From an uncultured Gammaproteobacteria bacterium (GTDB lineage: Bacteria; Patescibacteriota; Patescibacteriia; UBA9934; GWF2-40-263): a stretch of 64,000 nt of DNA. Within the stretch, counting starts at the first letter, position 1; each line of letters starts with the position of its first letter. The DNA lies in the NCBI GenBank assembly GCA_964538435.1, contig CAZIDX010000001.1:393-64392 (forward strand). The letters are read 5' to 3'. A program made the translations under genes and the position numbers. The notes beneath the pieces are model-generated. The model was given only the letters and a program-made list of their open reading frames with translations. It had not been told where the DNA came from and did no database searches. Shown piece after piece: positions 1 through 9,244 of this stretch.

Positions 1-370
1 GCGCGAGCTCAAGAAGTACGTGGACGACAAGGGTATCGTCGTGGCTGACCTGATCAGCGCGCGCGAAGAGACCAAGATGAACGAGATGCTGGCCGGCCTC
101 TCCACCAACGAGGACCAGGTCGATCTCTCCGGGGTCTACGATGCTCGTGACCGGGCCCAGGCCCGCGCCGAGATCTCGAGCGCCATGGCTGGCACCGACA
201 CCGGTGCGATCGAGGACGAGCTGGACGCCGCTGCGGCCAGTGCCGGAGTCGCGGACAGTTTCTTCGCCGAACTCGACGCCGACGCCGCGGTCGAGGCCGG
301 GCCCACCAAGCCCGCGACCGACAAGGCCAAGGACTCCGGGTCCATCGACTTCGGTGCCCTGGACGACTAG
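1..370 (+). CDS. C-terminal part of a PspA/IM30-like coiled-coil protein (starts before the window)
   Basis: Open frame from the window edge to TAG at 368-370; Ala/Glu/Asp-rich helical sequence (ARDRAQARAEISSAMAG...ELD...FFAEL) resembling PspA-family C-termini; lies upstream of a NitT/TauT ABC transporter. Confidence 0.5.
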   Translation, partial: RELKKYVDDKGIVVADLISAREETKMNEMLAGLSTNEDQVDLSGVYDARDRAQARAEISSAMAGTDTGAIEDELDAAAASAGVADSFFAELDADAAVEAGPTKPATDKAKDSGSIDFGALDD

Positions 371-552
371 CGCGTCTGGAAACGTGATACGCGTGGAGTG
401 AGATTCAACCCTCACTCCACATTTCAACGCTCAGAGTGGGGAAATCCACAACGAGTGAAACCCAACCTGTCAATTCCAAGAAAAGGAAACTTGGGAAAGA
501 CTTCAAACCCTCGGTCGCGGGTAAGCGACTAACCCCGAGAAGGAGACACTCC

Positions 553-1731
553 ATGCGTCACTCCCTGATCACCCTGATGGCCTTCGGCCTGCTGATGTCC
601 GCGTGCAACGTCGAGGTCGAGAACCCGCCCGTCGCCAACGACTCCACGAACACCGCCGCGGCGCCCGCCGAGGTCCTGTTCACCCCGGTCAAGGCCGCCG
701 ACGGCACCCCGGACTTCAAGCTCGCCTGGAGCTTCTACACCTCCTGGTCCACCCTCGCCTCCGCCGACGCCTTCCACTACATCGACATCCGCGATGGCTG
801 GCAGGGCAAGTTCGAGGTCGAGCACGGCGTTGACGTGGTCCTGGAGCGCCTGGACTACGTGCCCAGCTTCGGTGTCTACGCCGCAGGCGCGGCCGACGCG
901 GTCACCATCACCAACACCGACGCCATGGCCGTGGCCTTCGAGCGCAAGAAGGGCGTGGGCGACGCCACCGTGGCCGTGTTCCCGACCTCGTGGTCCAACG
1001 GCGCGGACAAGATCCTGGTCGAGAAGGCCATCGGCAACTGGGCCGGCCTCGCCGGCGTGCCGGTCAAGGGCGCCGAGCTCTCCGTGACCCAGTACCTGTT
1101 CTGGCGCTGCAACGCCCTGAACGGCACCATGGACCAGTACGACAAGAGCTACGTGTTCGAGAACCTGGATCCCGTGACCGGCGCGCCCCTGTTCGCCGGC
1201 AAGCAGGATCCCAACCTGCAGGCCTTCGGTGGCTGGTCTCCCGAGACCTTCATCGTCCTGGACGGTCGCAACGGCGACGAGAACAGCGCCAACGACGTCA
1301 TCGACCTGTGCAACTCCGAGGCCCTGGACCGCTACGAGATCACCGACATGATGGTGGTCGGGCAGTCCGTGCTCGAGCGCCCGGGCGGCGTCGAGGGTGT
1401 CAAGGCCCTGGCCGCGGCCATGGATGCCATGGCCTCCCGCGTGGCCAGTCCCACCCAGCAGGGTGAGACCTACCGAGCCATCTCCGTCAACTTCAACGAC
1501 GTGGAGACCGGCTACATCCAGAAGGCCATGACCCTGAGCCCGCTGTCGGCCCCGTCCAAGGACCATGCGATCCTGGACTCGAACGAGATGCGTGCCAACA
1601 TGAAGTACGTGGTCGACTTCAGTCTCGAGCACGACCTGATCGGCGCGGCCAGCGACGTCCCGTACAGCTGGGGCACCAAGGCAGAGGCTCCGGACGCGGT
1701 CCTGCGCTTCGACACCTCGTTCGTCCACTAG
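553..1731 (+). CDS. ABC transporter substrate-binding lipoprotein, NitT/TauT type, similar to the urea-carboxylase-associated (guanidine) SBP family
   Basis: SD AAGGAGA before ATG 553; lipobox LMSAC; motifs AWSFYTSW, DY...Y.AG.AD..T.TN.DA, SNGAD, ELSVTQYL and C-terminal LRFDTSF. Confidence 0.75.
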   Translation: MRHSLITLMAFGLLMSACNVEVENPPVANDSTNTAAAPAEVLFTPVKAADGTPDFKLAWSFYTSWSTLASADAFHYIDIRDGWQGKFEVEHGVDVVLERLDYVPSFGVYAAGAADAVTITNTDAMAVAFERKKGVGDATVAVFPTSWSNGADKILVEKAIGNWAGLAGVPVKGAELSVTQYLFWRCNALNGTMDQYDKSYVFENLDPVTGAPLFAGKQDPNLQAFGGWSPETFIVLDGRNGDENSANDVIDLCNSEALDRYEITDMMVVGQSVLERPGGVEGVKALAAAMDAMASRVASPTQQGETYRAISVNFNDVETGYIQKAMTLSPLSAPSKDHAILDSNEMRANMKYVVDFSLEHDLIGAASDVPYSWGTKAEAPDAVLRFDTSFVH

Positions 1732-1853
1732 GACGAGCTTCCTGATCGCACACGCGTGATCAACTCCTGCAGCTAGTTCGCTGGCTGCAGGCTTTCCACT
1801 GGAGGATGAGACACTTCGTCTCGTCAACCAATGAGAAGAAAATGGAGGCTGAG

Positions 1854-2684
1854 ATGCAGCGAGAAAACGGCTGGCGCAAAGCCTTGCGTCAGATGACTAC
1901 CATGCGGGAACCGCTTCCCAAGTGGCAGGAGCACATGTTCTTCGCGCTGGCGATCCTCACGATCCTCAGCGTGTACACCTACATCGCGTACTTCGGCGAC
2001 AACACCACCATCCCGACCTGGACCGAGCTCTTCAAGGGCTTTGGCAAGATGATCACGGACCCACGCAACGGGGAGCACATGATCTGGATGGACTCGATCG
2101 CCTCGTTCTCGCGACTGATCCCAGCTGTGGCAACCGCCTCGCTCATCGGGACCCTCATCGGTCTCTACACCGGTGTGTACGTTGCTGCGGACTCGTTCTT
2201 CAGCAAGATCCTGAGCTTCATGGGCAACATCGTCCCGAACGCTGCCATGGTGGTCTTCCTGACCCTGTTCGGATTTGCGTTCAAGATGTACAACGCCGCG
2301 ATCATCTTCGGTATCCTGCCCATCATCGCTACCCGGGTTCACCAGGCAGTCAGTGAGGTCCACAACGACCACATCTACAGCGCCAAGACCCTGGGAGCGT
2401 CGTCCAGCGAGATCATCTGGACCATTCTGCTTCGGCAGTGCATGCCTCAGATCATCGCTGCGGTTCGCGCATCGATCGGTCTGGCACTGATCCTGCTGGT
2501 CGCCACCGAGTGGGTGGCAGGCAGCTCCGGATTCGGGTACCGCTTCATGCGGCTCTACCGGTCCGCGCGCATGGATGTGATCTTCCCGTACCTGATGTAC
2601 CTCGGGTTCCTGGGAATCATCATCCAGCTCTTCTTCAACCAGATGCAGCGCCTGCTGTGTCCTTGGTACACCAAGGAGGACTAG
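1854..2684 (+). CDS. NitT/TauT-family ABC transporter permease
   Basis: Several hydrophobic helices; EAA-like loop HIYSAKTLGASS; LVATEW..GSSGFGY; SD GGAGG before 1854. Confidence 0.9.
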   Translation: MQRENGWRKALRQMTTMREPLPKWQEHMFFALAILTILSVYTYIAYFGDNTTIPTWTELFKGFGKMITDPRNGEHMIWMDSIASFSRLIPAVATASLIGTLIGLYTGVYVAADSFFSKILSFMGNIVPNAAMVVFLTLFGFAFKMYNAAIIFGILPIIATRVHQAVSEVHNDHIYSAKTLGASSSEIIWTILLRQCMPQIIAAVRASIGLALILLVATEWVAGSSGFGYRFMRLYRSARMDVIFPYLMYLGFLGIIIQLFFNQMQRLLCPWYTKED

Positions 2685-2686
2685 CC

Positions 2687-3601
2687 ATGACTACTCATGA
2701 GCAAGGCGCCTGCGTGGCACTCGAATGCCAGAACGTCAGCAAGTCCTTCGGAAGCACCCGAGTTCTGACCGACATCAACCTCGAGATCGGAACTGGGCAG
2801 ATTGTGGCCCTGGTCGGTGCGTCCGGCTGCGGCAAGTCCACGCTCCTCAACATGATCGTGGGCACACATCGGCCTTCCACGGGTCTGATCTACACGGTCC
2901 AGGACGGGTCCAAGACCCATGTGCAGACGCACGGTCCTGACCGCGGTATGGTCTACCAGAACTACAGCCTGTACCCGCACCTGACCGCGCTGAGGAACGT
3001 GACGCTCGGGCCCATGCTGCACGAGACGTCCATTCCTGGCCGCTGGCTGGGCTGGATCACGGGTTCGTGGCGCCAGCTGCGACGCGAGCATCAGGGCAAG
3101 GCCATGAAGCTCCTCACCGAGCTCGGTCTGGGTGAGCACGCTCACAAGTACCCGCACCAGCTCTCGGGTGGGAAGCGCCAGCGCGTGGCCATTGCCCGAT
3201 CCCTGATCATGGATCCCCAGATCCTGCTGCTCGACGAGCCCTTCGGAGCGCTCGACGAGGAAACGCGCAATGACGCGCGCCGCCTGTTGCTGGACCTCTA
3301 CGGCAAGGTGACCATCCTGATGGTGACCCACTCGCTCGAAGAGGCTGTGCACGTGGGTGACCGTGTGATCGCGCTTGGGAAGAACTGGAACGGCGGCGAG
3401 CGCGGTGCAACCGTGATCTACGACAAGCCGGCTCCGGTCTACATCTCCAGCGACCCGCTGCAGGACACCAAGATCATCGAGCAGGCCCAAGAGATCTTCC
3501 GGGCCATGTTCGAAAGCCCGAACCTCGACCCTACCGAGTACGTCACCTTCTGGGACGACGTCAAGGCCGGGCGGGTCGAAGGGGTCCTGGCATCGCGCTA
3601 G
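2687..3601 (+). CDS. NitT/TauT-family ABC transporter ATP-binding protein
   Basis: Walker A GASGCGKS, signature LSGG, Walker B LLLDEPF, H-loop VTH; SD AGGAGGA. Confidence 0.95.
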   Translation: MTTHEQGACVALECQNVSKSFGSTRVLTDINLEIGTGQIVALVGASGCGKSTLLNMIVGTHRPSTGLIYTVQDGSKTHVQTHGPDRGMVYQNYSLYPHLTALRNVTLGPMLHETSIPGRWLGWITGSWRQLRREHQGKAMKLLTELGLGEHAHKYPHQLSGGKRQRVAIARSLIMDPQILLLDEPFGALDEETRNDARRLLLDLYGKVTILMVTHSLEEAVHVGDRVIALGKNWNGGERGATVIYDKPAPVYISSDPLQDTKIIEQAQEIFRAMFESPNLDPTEYVTFWDDVKAGRVEGVLASR

Positions 3602-3719
3602 GACAAACAAAACGAGCTCAGCTCGAACGAGAGCGAGGCCCACAAAGCCTCGCTCTTTCTACATCAGACTCGGGGAAATCCGAGAACGATGACCAATCTA
3701 CAAACGGAGGATAGACGCG

Positions 3720-5600
3720 ATGAAATTCCGTCATCTCGACTACGAGTTCCGACGTCAGACTGCCAGGATGTTCATGTCCGGGCAGTCGCAGAGCATCATT
3801 CTCCACGGCAACGTGGGGGACTACTTCTACCTGAAGCCCGAGCATTCAGGCAGGGATCCGAAGACCAACGAGATCCTGCACAAGGAAGGCAAGTACGTCA
3901 CCATGCTCGACTACTTGCGTCCGAGGTGGGGGAACGTGGCCAATACCATCCTGCTCGTCTACGAGCTGGGTGGCCCGATCCAGTTCATGTCCAAGGAAGA
4001 CCGCACGCTGTTGCGCGAAGCTTGGCTCAAGTTCCGGACAGAGGAGCTCTGGCAGGAGAACATGAAGGCCGACATCCTGGTCGATCCCAAGGAGGCCGAA
4101 GAACAGGTCGCGTCGCAGTTCAACGAGCTGCTCACTCGAGCCCACAAGGACCCGTCTCAGGCCCTGCGCATTCTGCGCAAGTTCTGCCAGATCTCCCGCT
4201 GGGAACACAAGGACAACCCGATCCGTAATCATCGGATCGTGATCCTGCTCGAGGATGCGGACCTGATCATTCCCGAAGGGGAGATCACGCGCATGAGCGA
4301 CAAGGATCGTCGGCGCATGGTGATCTGTCGGGAGTGGTTCACGGACCCTGGGTTCATGAACGGCGAAGACGCAGTGGTCATGATCGCTGAGTCTGCCAGC
4401 CAGATCAACGGTCGTGTCAGCAAGCTCCCGCAGGTTCTTCGTGTGGCTGTGAACGCTCCTCTGGAGCACGAGCGTGCACACTACATCCGATGGTTCAACG
4501 CCATGCAACCCAAGGATCGCAAGATCAAGCTCTGGGGCACACAGGAAGTACTGGCTGCCTACTCAGCAGGCCTGAACTTGCACGCCCTGCGCCAGATGCT
4601 CGTGGGTGCCACCTACGAGGATCGCAAGCTCGAGAAGAGCGACGTCACTGACCATGTCGAGGCGTACATCATCGCGCAGCTGGGTGAGGGTACGGTCGAG
4701 TTCCATCGGCCACACCACCACCTCAAGGATCTGGTCGGAAACGCAGACGTGATCCGCTTCCTGCGCGAGACCGTGATCCCGCGCATGCTCTCAACCGGCA
4801 AGAGCGCTCTCAGCGGCATTGCTGTCTCAGGCCCTATCGGTGCAGGCAAGACCTTCATCTTCGAGGCTGTGGCTGCCGAACTGGGTATGCCGGTCCTGAT
4901 CCTCAAGAACCTCCGCAGCAAGTGGTTCGGAGGTACGGATGTGATCATGGAGCGGCTCGAGCGCGTGCTCTACAGTCTGTCCAAGGTCGCGATCTTCGTG
5001 GACGAAGCCGACACCGTGTTCGGCGGAGTCGGACAGGACGTACACGCCACCGAGCGCAGGCTCACCGGCAAGATCCAGTCCTGGATGTCAGACCCGCGCC
5101 TCAAGGGCAAGGTGATCTGGATCCTGATGACGGCCCGCGTGCAGAACCTATCCGCAGACATCCGTCGCCCCGGGCGCGTTGGCAACCTGATCATCCCGAT
5201 CCTGGACCCGACCGGCGACGATCGCATTGCGTTCATCAACTGGGCGCTCAAGGGCTACTGCAAGCTTCCTAAGCAGGGGAGCGCAGAATGGATCCGAATC
5301 GAAGAAGCAACCAAGGGTTTCTCGGCCGCGCAGTTCGCTGCACTTCGAGAAGAGCTGGATGCTCAGGTCGAGCTCACAGGCAATGATCTCACCTTCAAGG
5401 ACGCTCTCGAGATCCTAGAAGAACAGCTCTCAGCTGACATCCAGACCGAGCGCCGAGTCCAGGAGCTCTACGCTCTGGTCAACTGCACACGCAAAAGCCT
5501 GCTGCCCGGCGGCAAGGACCTGTCGCGTGCGGATGTCGAGGAGCTGAAGAAGGGGTGGATGAAGGAGATCCACATGCACAAGCGCGCACTCGCCGCTTGA
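3720..5600 (+). CDS. AAA+ ATPase with a degenerate N-terminal AAA module and an intact C-terminal module
   Basis: Walker A GPIGAGKT, pore loop SKWFG, Walker B IFVDEAD, SRH RRPGR; N-terminal half keeps a Walker-B-like ILLEDAD. Confidence 0.9.
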   Translation: MKFRHLDYEFRRQTARMFMSGQSQSIILHGNVGDYFYLKPEHSGRDPKTNEILHKEGKYVTMLDYLRPRWGNVANTILLVYELGGPIQFMSKEDRTLLREAWLKFRTEELWQENMKADILVDPKEAEEQVASQFNELLTRAHKDPSQALRILRKFCQISRWEHKDNPIRNHRIVILLEDADLIIPEGEITRMSDKDRRRMVICREWFTDPGFMNGEDAVVMIAESASQINGRVSKLPQVLRVAVNAPLEHERAHYIRWFNAMQPKDRKIKLWGTQEVLAAYSAGLNLHALRQMLVGATYEDRKLEKSDVTDHVEAYIIAQLGEGTVEFHRPHHHLKDLVGNADVIRFLRETVIPRMLSTGKSALSGIAVSGPIGAGKTFIFEAVAAELGMPVLILKNLRSKWFGGTDVIMERLERVLYSLSKVAIFVDEADTVFGGVGQDVHATERRLTGKIQSWMSDPRLKGKVIWILMTARVQNLSADIRRPGRVGNLIIPILDPTGDDRIAFINWALKGYCKLPKQGSAEWIRIEEATKGFSAAQFAALREELDAQVELTGNDLTFKDALEILEEQLSADIQTERRVQELYALVNCTRKSLLPGGKDLSRADVEELKKGWMKEIHMHKRALAA

Positions 5601-5696
5601 ACACCAGGGTTCGTCAACGACTGACGGACCCATTTCAACACGCAGCGCAGGGGAAATCCTGCACGTGTGACCAACTACCAGGACCGGAGTGAAACA

Positions 5697-6809
5697 ATGC
5701 CCACCATGCACGCCCGCCTGTGCCGCACGATTCTTCGAAACGCCAGGAAGGCGGGGAAGTTCTACGAGTACGACGATGAGAGCTCGCTCGACGAGCCCAT
5801 CATGTTCTTCTTCCAAGAGTCCGTGGAAGGTCTGGTGCTCTTCATTGTGTACCGCACACTTCCATGCGTCTTCAACGGATGCACCTTCTGCCGTCTGCCT
5901 GGTACATCCACGCTGCGCGAGGTGAACTTCCGTCACGTAATGAATCAGACCAGGTACGTGATGACCCACCCGGACGTGGTGCCGCGCCTGGACGAGATCC
6001 AGAAGCTGATCATCTCCAACCAAGGCTCCATCCTGGACCAACGCACGTTCGACCAGCTCGCGCTCATGGACCTGATCGCTCAGGGTGAGTACAACTTCCC
6101 GAACATGGCTAGCATGTGCCTGGAGACCCGCATCTGCTACGTCGAGGATGAAGAGATTGTGCTACTCGGCCATGCCATGGCTGGCGGTGACACCGTGACT
6201 GTGCTCGAGTTCGGGATCGGGGTCGAGGCCTACAACGACTCAATCCGCAACTCCAGGCTCGGCAAGGGGATGCATCTGCGCGAGAAGCCCAACAGCCTCG
6301 AGCGACTGGCCGAACGGCTCTCGCTCTTGTGTGAGGACATGCTACGCTTCCGCATCAAGTGCTACTTCCTGCAGAAGCCCCACGAGAGCATGACCGACGA
6401 AGAGGCGGTCCAGGACGTCAAGGACATGATCGACTTCATGTCTGGTCTGGTCGCCAAGCATGCGATCCGGATGAACCTCCATCTCAACCCCACCTTCGCG
6501 GCCAAGGAAACCAAGCTCGAGACCGAATTCAAGGCCGGCAGGTTCACACCGCCACGCCTGAGTGATGTCGCGCGCGCGGTTCTCTACGCCGAGGACAAGG
6601 GGGTGAGTGTGTTTGTCGGGCTCGACGACGAGGGGCTTGCCTGCGAAGGAGGTTCCTTCCTGCAGCCTGGCAACGAGCGCATGGTTGCGGCCCTGGATCA
6701 GTTCAACCGTACGCAAGACTTCGATGAGCTGCGCGCAAGGCTGGATGCCTACCTTGGCGATCCGCACTACAATCACGAGACCGACCTGATCGAGGTTCCA
6801 ACGGCCTGA
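5697..6809 (+). CDS. Radical SAM protein, TIGR01210/RaSEA-like
   Basis: CVFNGCTFC cluster motif; ETR, GIGVEA...IR...GKG and KCYFLQKP match the archaeosine RaSEA-like subfamily. Confidence 0.75.
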   Translation: MPTMHARLCRTILRNARKAGKFYEYDDESSLDEPIMFFFQESVEGLVLFIVYRTLPCVFNGCTFCRLPGTSTLREVNFRHVMNQTRYVMTHPDVVPRLDEIQKLIISNQGSILDQRTFDQLALMDLIAQGEYNFPNMASMCLETRICYVEDEEIVLLGHAMAGGDTVTVLEFGIGVEAYNDSIRNSRLGKGMHLREKPNSLERLAERLSLLCEDMLRFRIKCYFLQKPHESMTDEEAVQDVKDMIDFMSGLVAKHAIRMNLHLNPTFAAKETKLETEFKAGRFTPPRLSDVARAVLYAEDKGVSVFVGLDDEGLACEGGSFLQPGNERMVAALDQFNRTQDFDELRARLDAYLGDPHYNHETDLIEVPTA

Positions 6810-6836
6810 TCAGCACGTCTCAACGCGCAAACGCAA

Positions 6837-6872
6837 ACGCAGAGCTCGCCTGAGCCCTGCGTTTTCTAATTG
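6837..6872 (+). terminator. Intrinsic terminator with TTTTCTAATTG tail
   Basis: ACGCAG-AGCTC-GCCT-GAGC-CCTGCGT hairpin followed by TTTCTAATTG. Confidence 0.75.
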
Positions 6873-6876
6873 AACA

Positions 6877-6922
6877 GGTGGATACCATTTAAGTGCCGAT
6901 CGGACCTTATATGGTATCCACC
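6877..6922. repeat. Palindromic element GGATACCAT...CCGATCGG...ATGGTATCC (copy 1 of 3)
   Basis: GGTGGATACCAT / ATGGTATCCACC arms; near-identical copies at 31145-31188 and 33693-33734. Confidence 0.9.
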
Positions 6923-6928
6923 GAGAAT

Positions 6929-7441
6929 CTATTTAATTGTATACAAATAGAGATCAAGTTGCCCCGCGGCTTTGCTTATCTCTTCAGCCTCCCATTCAGG
7001 GATCGGCCAGACATAGCTGATAACCCTAGTTCCAGGTTTGAGCTCTGAGCGAAGCTTTGACTCAATCTTTTCATATGTCTCAGGCATCAGAAACATGTAC
7101 ACCGCATCATATTCATTCAAGTTCTTACCAAACACATTCCCAAATCGATATCGAGCTCGAGAACGCGTTGCTGATGCTTGCAGGGCTGCAACAAGATATT
7201 GCAGTAGAGAAAGCTCAACGCCATGCACTGCGACTCCGGGATTCTTCTGAGCCAAATGTCGACATACACGCCCATTCCCACACCCAAGCTCAACGAACTT
7301 CTCACCATCCTTAAGCTTGAGTAATTTATGTATCCGATCAAGATCTTGCTTCCTGGTAGGCACCCAAGGCGCCCCAGAAGCCGCTGCATACGCAAGCGAG
7401 GCCAGGAGAACCAAGCCAATCCCAGCAAAAACATATAACAT
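6929..7441 (-). CDS. Class I SAM-dependent methyltransferase with N-terminal TM anchor
   Basis: GAPWVPT motif; VELGCGNG SAM-binding motif; GVELS. Confidence 0.9.
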   Translation of the reverse strand: MLYVFAGIGLVLLASLAYAAASGAPWVPTRKQDLDRIHKLLKLKDGEKFVELGCGNGRVCRHLAQKNPGVAVHGVELSLLQYLVAALQASATRSRARYRFGNVFGKNLNEYDAVYMFLMPETYEKIESKLRSELKPGTRVISYVWPIPEWEAEEISKAAGQLDLYLYTIK

Positions 7442-7519
7442 ATGGATTGATTATAGCACTGAAACGAATCATCGCCACCTTACTCGACACAAACGTGAGG
7501 ATTTGGAAACGCTATCAAG

Positions 7520-7585
7520 GCCGCAGGGGACAATTTTTGTGAGAATCCCGCTTGCGGGATCGAACAAAGAATTCGTCCCTGAGGC
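7520..7585. repeat. Imperfect ~66-bp palindrome
   Basis: GCCGCAGGGGAC-AATTTTTGT ... ATCCCGCTTGCGGGAT ... ACAAAGAATT-CGTCCCTGAGGC. Confidence 0.6.
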
Positions 7586-7703
7586 TACTCTGACAAAACC
7601 CCCACCCGCAGCCAAAAAGAAGACACCCTCCGTTCCAGTCCCCAAGCAAGGGAAAGGGAAGGAGGGTGCTTCGTCGCGACGTTTCGTGCGTCGCGTCAGG
7701 GAG

Positions 7704-8480
7704 CTAGGCCTGTGCCGGCTCCTGGTTGTTCACCACGAGCTGCAGGCCGCTGCCGCGCAGCAGATCACTCATGCTGGCGCTGCCGCCGCTGTCCTGGTGA
7801 ACGACATCCTCACCATCGGCCAGGTCGGCATTGGTCAGGATCTCGCGCACGCGCATGTCGAGGTTGATGCCCTTGCCGCTGACCGGGTTCCAGTCCAGGC
7901 TGCGGGTCGCGAAGGTGCGGGACTCGCCGCCGAACATGAGCGGAGCCGGCCGCGAGTACATCATGCCAGCGGGATCCTTGAGCACGATGCGCTGCTTGGG
8001 CTTGGGATCACCTTCCTCGAGCGGGAAGACATCCAGGAAGAACATGTAGTTCTTCCAGACCTTGAAGTGGGGATCCTGGCGCGTGTCCGCGTCCTTGATG
8101 TGCACGGTGCGCACACCGACCTTGACCCGGCCAGCGACGATCAGGGCGTCATCGCCCTTGGGGCCGCGCAGGTGCACGCTGATGCCGCTGCAGCGGTCGC
8201 CCAGGCGCACGTGATGGTACTCGCCGATGGGGGAGTCGGTCACGGGCGTGTGCTCCGCACCCTTGGGGATCTCGATGATGCAGGGGCCCAGGTCCTCGGC
8301 GTAGAACAGTTCCTGGATCGTGGGGTCGTTGCCCTTGTGTCGGGGCGGCTTCTCGATGGTGGCGATGTGACCCACGCCGTCGGTCTCGACGTTCATCGCT
8401 CGCAGCTCGGCGAGGAAGTCCTCCCAGTGCGCAAGAACGTTCAGTCCTCCGATCGTTCGGACGGTCATGTCGGACATCAT
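7704..8480 (-). CDS. Hypothetical protein (GC-rich guest unit)
   Basis: SD GGAGTG; TTGACA-N17-TATTTT upstream (-35 at 8591-8596); downstream hairpin 7624-7668; C-ending codon bias. Confidence 0.8.
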   Translation of the reverse strand: MMSDMTVRTIGGLNVLAHWEDFLAELRAMNVETDGVGHIATIEKPPRHKGNDPTIQELFYAEDLGPCIIEIPKGAEHTPVTDSPIGEYHHVRLGDRCSGISVHLRGPKGDDALIVAGRVKVGVRTVHIKDADTRQDPHFKVWKNYMFFLDVFPLEEGDPKPKQRIVLKDPAGMMYSRPAPLMFGGESRTFATRSLDWNPVSGKGINLDMRVREILTNADLADGEDVVHQDSGGSASMSDLLRGSGLQLVVNNQEPAQA

Positions 8481-8733
8481 TCACTCCATTGGTTGACGCG
8501 GCCAAGTCGTGGCGGCGTACAGGATTTCCGCTTTAAAAACGGTTCTGACGCAGCGGTCAGACGACGAAAAATACCACAAAATGGTACTTTTGTCAACCTC
8601 TGGAGCCAAAAAACACACAAAAATGGATGCTTTTTATGGATTCGACCCTGGGGAAATCTCTTTGTTTACAAAAAAAATACCTTGTGTATAATCCGTTTCG
8701 AAGCATTCATTTCTATTAATCCTTAGGAGGAGT

Positions 8734-9177
8734 ATGGATATCCAAACACTTTTTAAACTCGAGATCGGTGAAACCGTTCGAGTCTCCAACGAGCCACTCA
8801 CGCTCATTGGACGATCTACAATCACATTTGATGGCGGTGACGAGCTTGTCTGGCTCTTTGATGAAGACGAGCGCATTCTCTCAGTCGCACCAGAGGAAGA
8901 AGAGCTTTTCTTGTTTGAAAAACTTGATGAAGAAATCGAGCCAGACGAAGAGGGGATTCTTTACCAAGGAAAAGAGTACGAATTCCACTACAAAGACACA
9001 GGTGTGGTGACAGAGGTAGAGGGCGACGTCATAACCGAGCCAGACGACACCTACTTGTACATGGACTACGAAGCAAAGGATGGGGGTGTGCTGCGCATTG
9101 TCAGCAACGAGAATACAGGTGAAGCAGGTGCCTATGTTGGCCGCACGGTTTCAGAAGATGATCTAAACGAGCTGTAG
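8734..9177 (+). CDS. DUF4178-like acidic beta-sheet protein
   Basis: SD AGGAGG; pattern LEIGE...GR......W......L.V....I.Y.GK.Y..YMDY. Confidence 0.6.
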   Translation: MDIQTLFKLEIGETVRVSNEPLTLIGRSTITFDGGDELVWLFDEDERILSVAPEEEELFLFEKLDEEIEPDEEGILYQGKEYEFHYKDTGVVTEVEGDVITEPDDTYLYMDYEAKDGGVLRIVSNENTGEAGAYVGRTVSEDDLNEL

Positions 9178-9244
9178 GTTTCAGACAAACGAAAATCTTG
9201 CTAAAATAGAGATGGCAAAATGCCGTCTCTATTTTGATATTCTC

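Noticed and set aside
371-552. Guanidine riboswitch upstream of the SBP
   Set aside because: Several hairpins are present but I cannot identify the conserved guanidine-I, -II or -III motifs; an Rfam scan would be needed.
529-6041. Long antisense ORFs (529-1827, 2681-3643, 3846-4508, 5430-6041)
   Set aside because: Shadows of GC-rich, codon-biased genes on the other strand; no SD or recognisable motifs.
7317-8726. 469-aa plus-strand ORF
   Set aside because: Antisense to 7704-8480, which has a promoter, SD and terminator; it runs through hairpins and overlaps the methyltransferase.
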